Of a stretch of 64,000 nt of DNA, positions 63,230 through 64,000 are shown piece by piece (the first letter of the stretch is position 1; every line of letters starts with the position of its first letter). The translations under genes were made by a program, and so were the position numbers. The notes below the pieces were generated by a model. It searched no databases. It was given only the letters and a program-made list of their open reading frames with translations, and was not told where the DNA came from. The DNA comes from an uncultured Acidobacteriaceae bacterium (GTDB lineage Bacteria; Acidobacteriota; Terriglobia; Terriglobales; Acidobacteriaceae): the NCBI GenBank assembly GCA_963696575.1, contig CAVOKT010000004.1, positions 399,434-463,433 on the forward strand, given 5' to 3'.

Positions 63230-63790
63230 CTACGAACCCTTCTTCCTTCTCTTCGCTGCGGTACGCTTCGCCACGGTCCTCTTACGCGGGCTGGGTGCCC
63301 CGTCCTTTCCCCTCTTTTGGGAAAGAGCCTGCCCTGAGCTTGTCGAAGGGGTGGGACTCTTCTTCGTCGTCGCCGTCTTCTTTACACCCACGCGCTTGGC
63401 CGCCACTATCGGCTTCTTCGGCTCCGGCTTCTCCAGGTCGGCCGGCTGCAAACGAGTTGCAGTCTTCCACAGTCTCTCCAGGTCGTAGAACTTGCGCGCA
63501 CTTTCAGAGAAGATGTGCACCACAAAATCCACGTAGTCCAGCAGCAACCATTCAGCCTGGTTCCTGCCTTCCACGTGCGACGGCTCGTATCCCAGTCTGC
63601 TGAGCTGCATATCGACTTCATCGCCGATGGCCTGCACTTGCCGCGGGTTCGCCGCCGAACAAATCACGAAGTAGTCGGTGAACCCGCTGGCCTGTGCATC
63701 CAGCCGCAGAATGCTGATGTCTTCTGCCTTTTTCTCTATGCAGGCCTGTACGGCAATGGCGACCTGTGCCCTCACATCATTTTTTTTCAT
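63230..63790 (-). CDS. rsfS: Ribosome silencing factor RsfS with a ~70-aa Lys/Arg/Pro-rich C-terminal extension
   Basis: KKAEDISILRL...FTDYFVICSAANPRQVQAI...EGRNQAEWLLLDYVDFVVHIFSESARKFYDLERLW is the RsfS/iojap core. A basic tail follows. Confidence 0.88.
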   Translation of the reverse strand: MKKNDVRAQVAIAVQACIEKKAEDISILRLDAQASGFTDYFVICSAANPRQVQAIGDEVDMQLSRLGYEPSHVEGRNQAEWLLLDYVDFVVHIFSESARKFYDLERLWKTATRLQPADLEKPEPKKPIVAAKRVGVKKTATTKKSPTPSTSSGQALSQKRGKDGAPSPRKRTVAKRTAAKRRKKGS

Positions 63791-63816
63791 GCGACGTGCT
63801 CGCTCTCCTTAAAGCC

Positions 63817-64000
63817 TCAATTCCGGGTGCGGGCGCCCTTACTCAAGCCGGTTTTGCTTGCGTGGGTCTTTTGACTTTCGACCCGCCTCGTCCCTGTCTT
63901 CCGTCTCGGCTTCGTTGCCACCGTGCCTCGATACAAACCCTCTTTCCGAATGTATTCCGCCACCGCATCTGGCACTAACTTCTTCAGCGCCGTGCCGCGT
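63817..64000 (-). CDS. nadD: Nicotinate-nucleotide adenylyltransferase NadD, C-terminal part (gene runs off the window end)
   Basis: My own translation of the minus strand gives ...RGTALKKLVPDAVAEYIRKEGLYRG..., the typical NadD C-terminus, with stop at 63817-63819. The position upstream of rsfS-rlmH is the conserved operon order. Confidence 0.6.
   Translation of the reverse strand, partial: RGTALKKLVPDAVAEYIRKEGLYRGTVATKPRRKTGTRRVESQKTHASKTGLSKGARTRN

Overview
All calls come from reading the sequence and the ORF track by eye; no searches were run. The window is a GC-rich chromosomal segment that looks like Acidobacteriota. Supporting this are a tandem nadA-motif (NAD+-I) riboswitch, a CarboxypepD_reg-type TonB-dependent receptor, a PrsT-EpsI-exosortase locus, a TPR/CRTAC1 pair, DUF1080 / Gfo-Idh-MocA / sulfatase / GH29 fucosidase genes, and dense REP-like intergenic repeats.

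Content:
- About 55 protein genes and one tRNA-Ser(GCU).
- One confident riboswitch (NAD+-I before nadA) and one tentative structured leader (Moco-like, before moaA).
- A mazEF toxin-antitoxin pair with a perfect 20-bp palindrome at its promoter.
- Housekeeping blocks: etfB-etfA-ETF:quinone oxidoreductase, nadD-rsfS-rlmH, and an atpF-like fragment.
- No transposase, integrase, phage gene, CRISPR array or recognisable defence gene other than mazEF. I cannot point to a clear-cut new defence or mobile system.

Data-quality caveat: at least about 25 reading-frame breaks interrupt otherwise unmistakable genes, including nadA, moaA and ETF-QO. Where I could resolve the site, it is usually a +/-1 change in a short homopolymer. 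Most 'pseudogenes' below are therefore more likely sequencing or assembly indels than biology.

Best candidates for something not yet described:
- A tight six-gene operon (27.3-35.5 kb) encoding HD-domain, PrpD-family, fused LeuC/LeuD-type, IDH/IPMDH-family, CitD-CitE fusion and CitF proteins. It has no synthase and no citC/citX/citG.
- A conserved ~0.4-kb non-coding element carrying 9-nt-periodic CATAC tandem arrays. Two inverted copies (22.3-22.7 kb and 38.2-38.6 kb) bracket that operon.
- A tri-domain acyl-AMP ligase / carrier protein / PlsC-type acyltransferase gene (35.6-38.1 kb).

The functional interpretations of these three are inferences.
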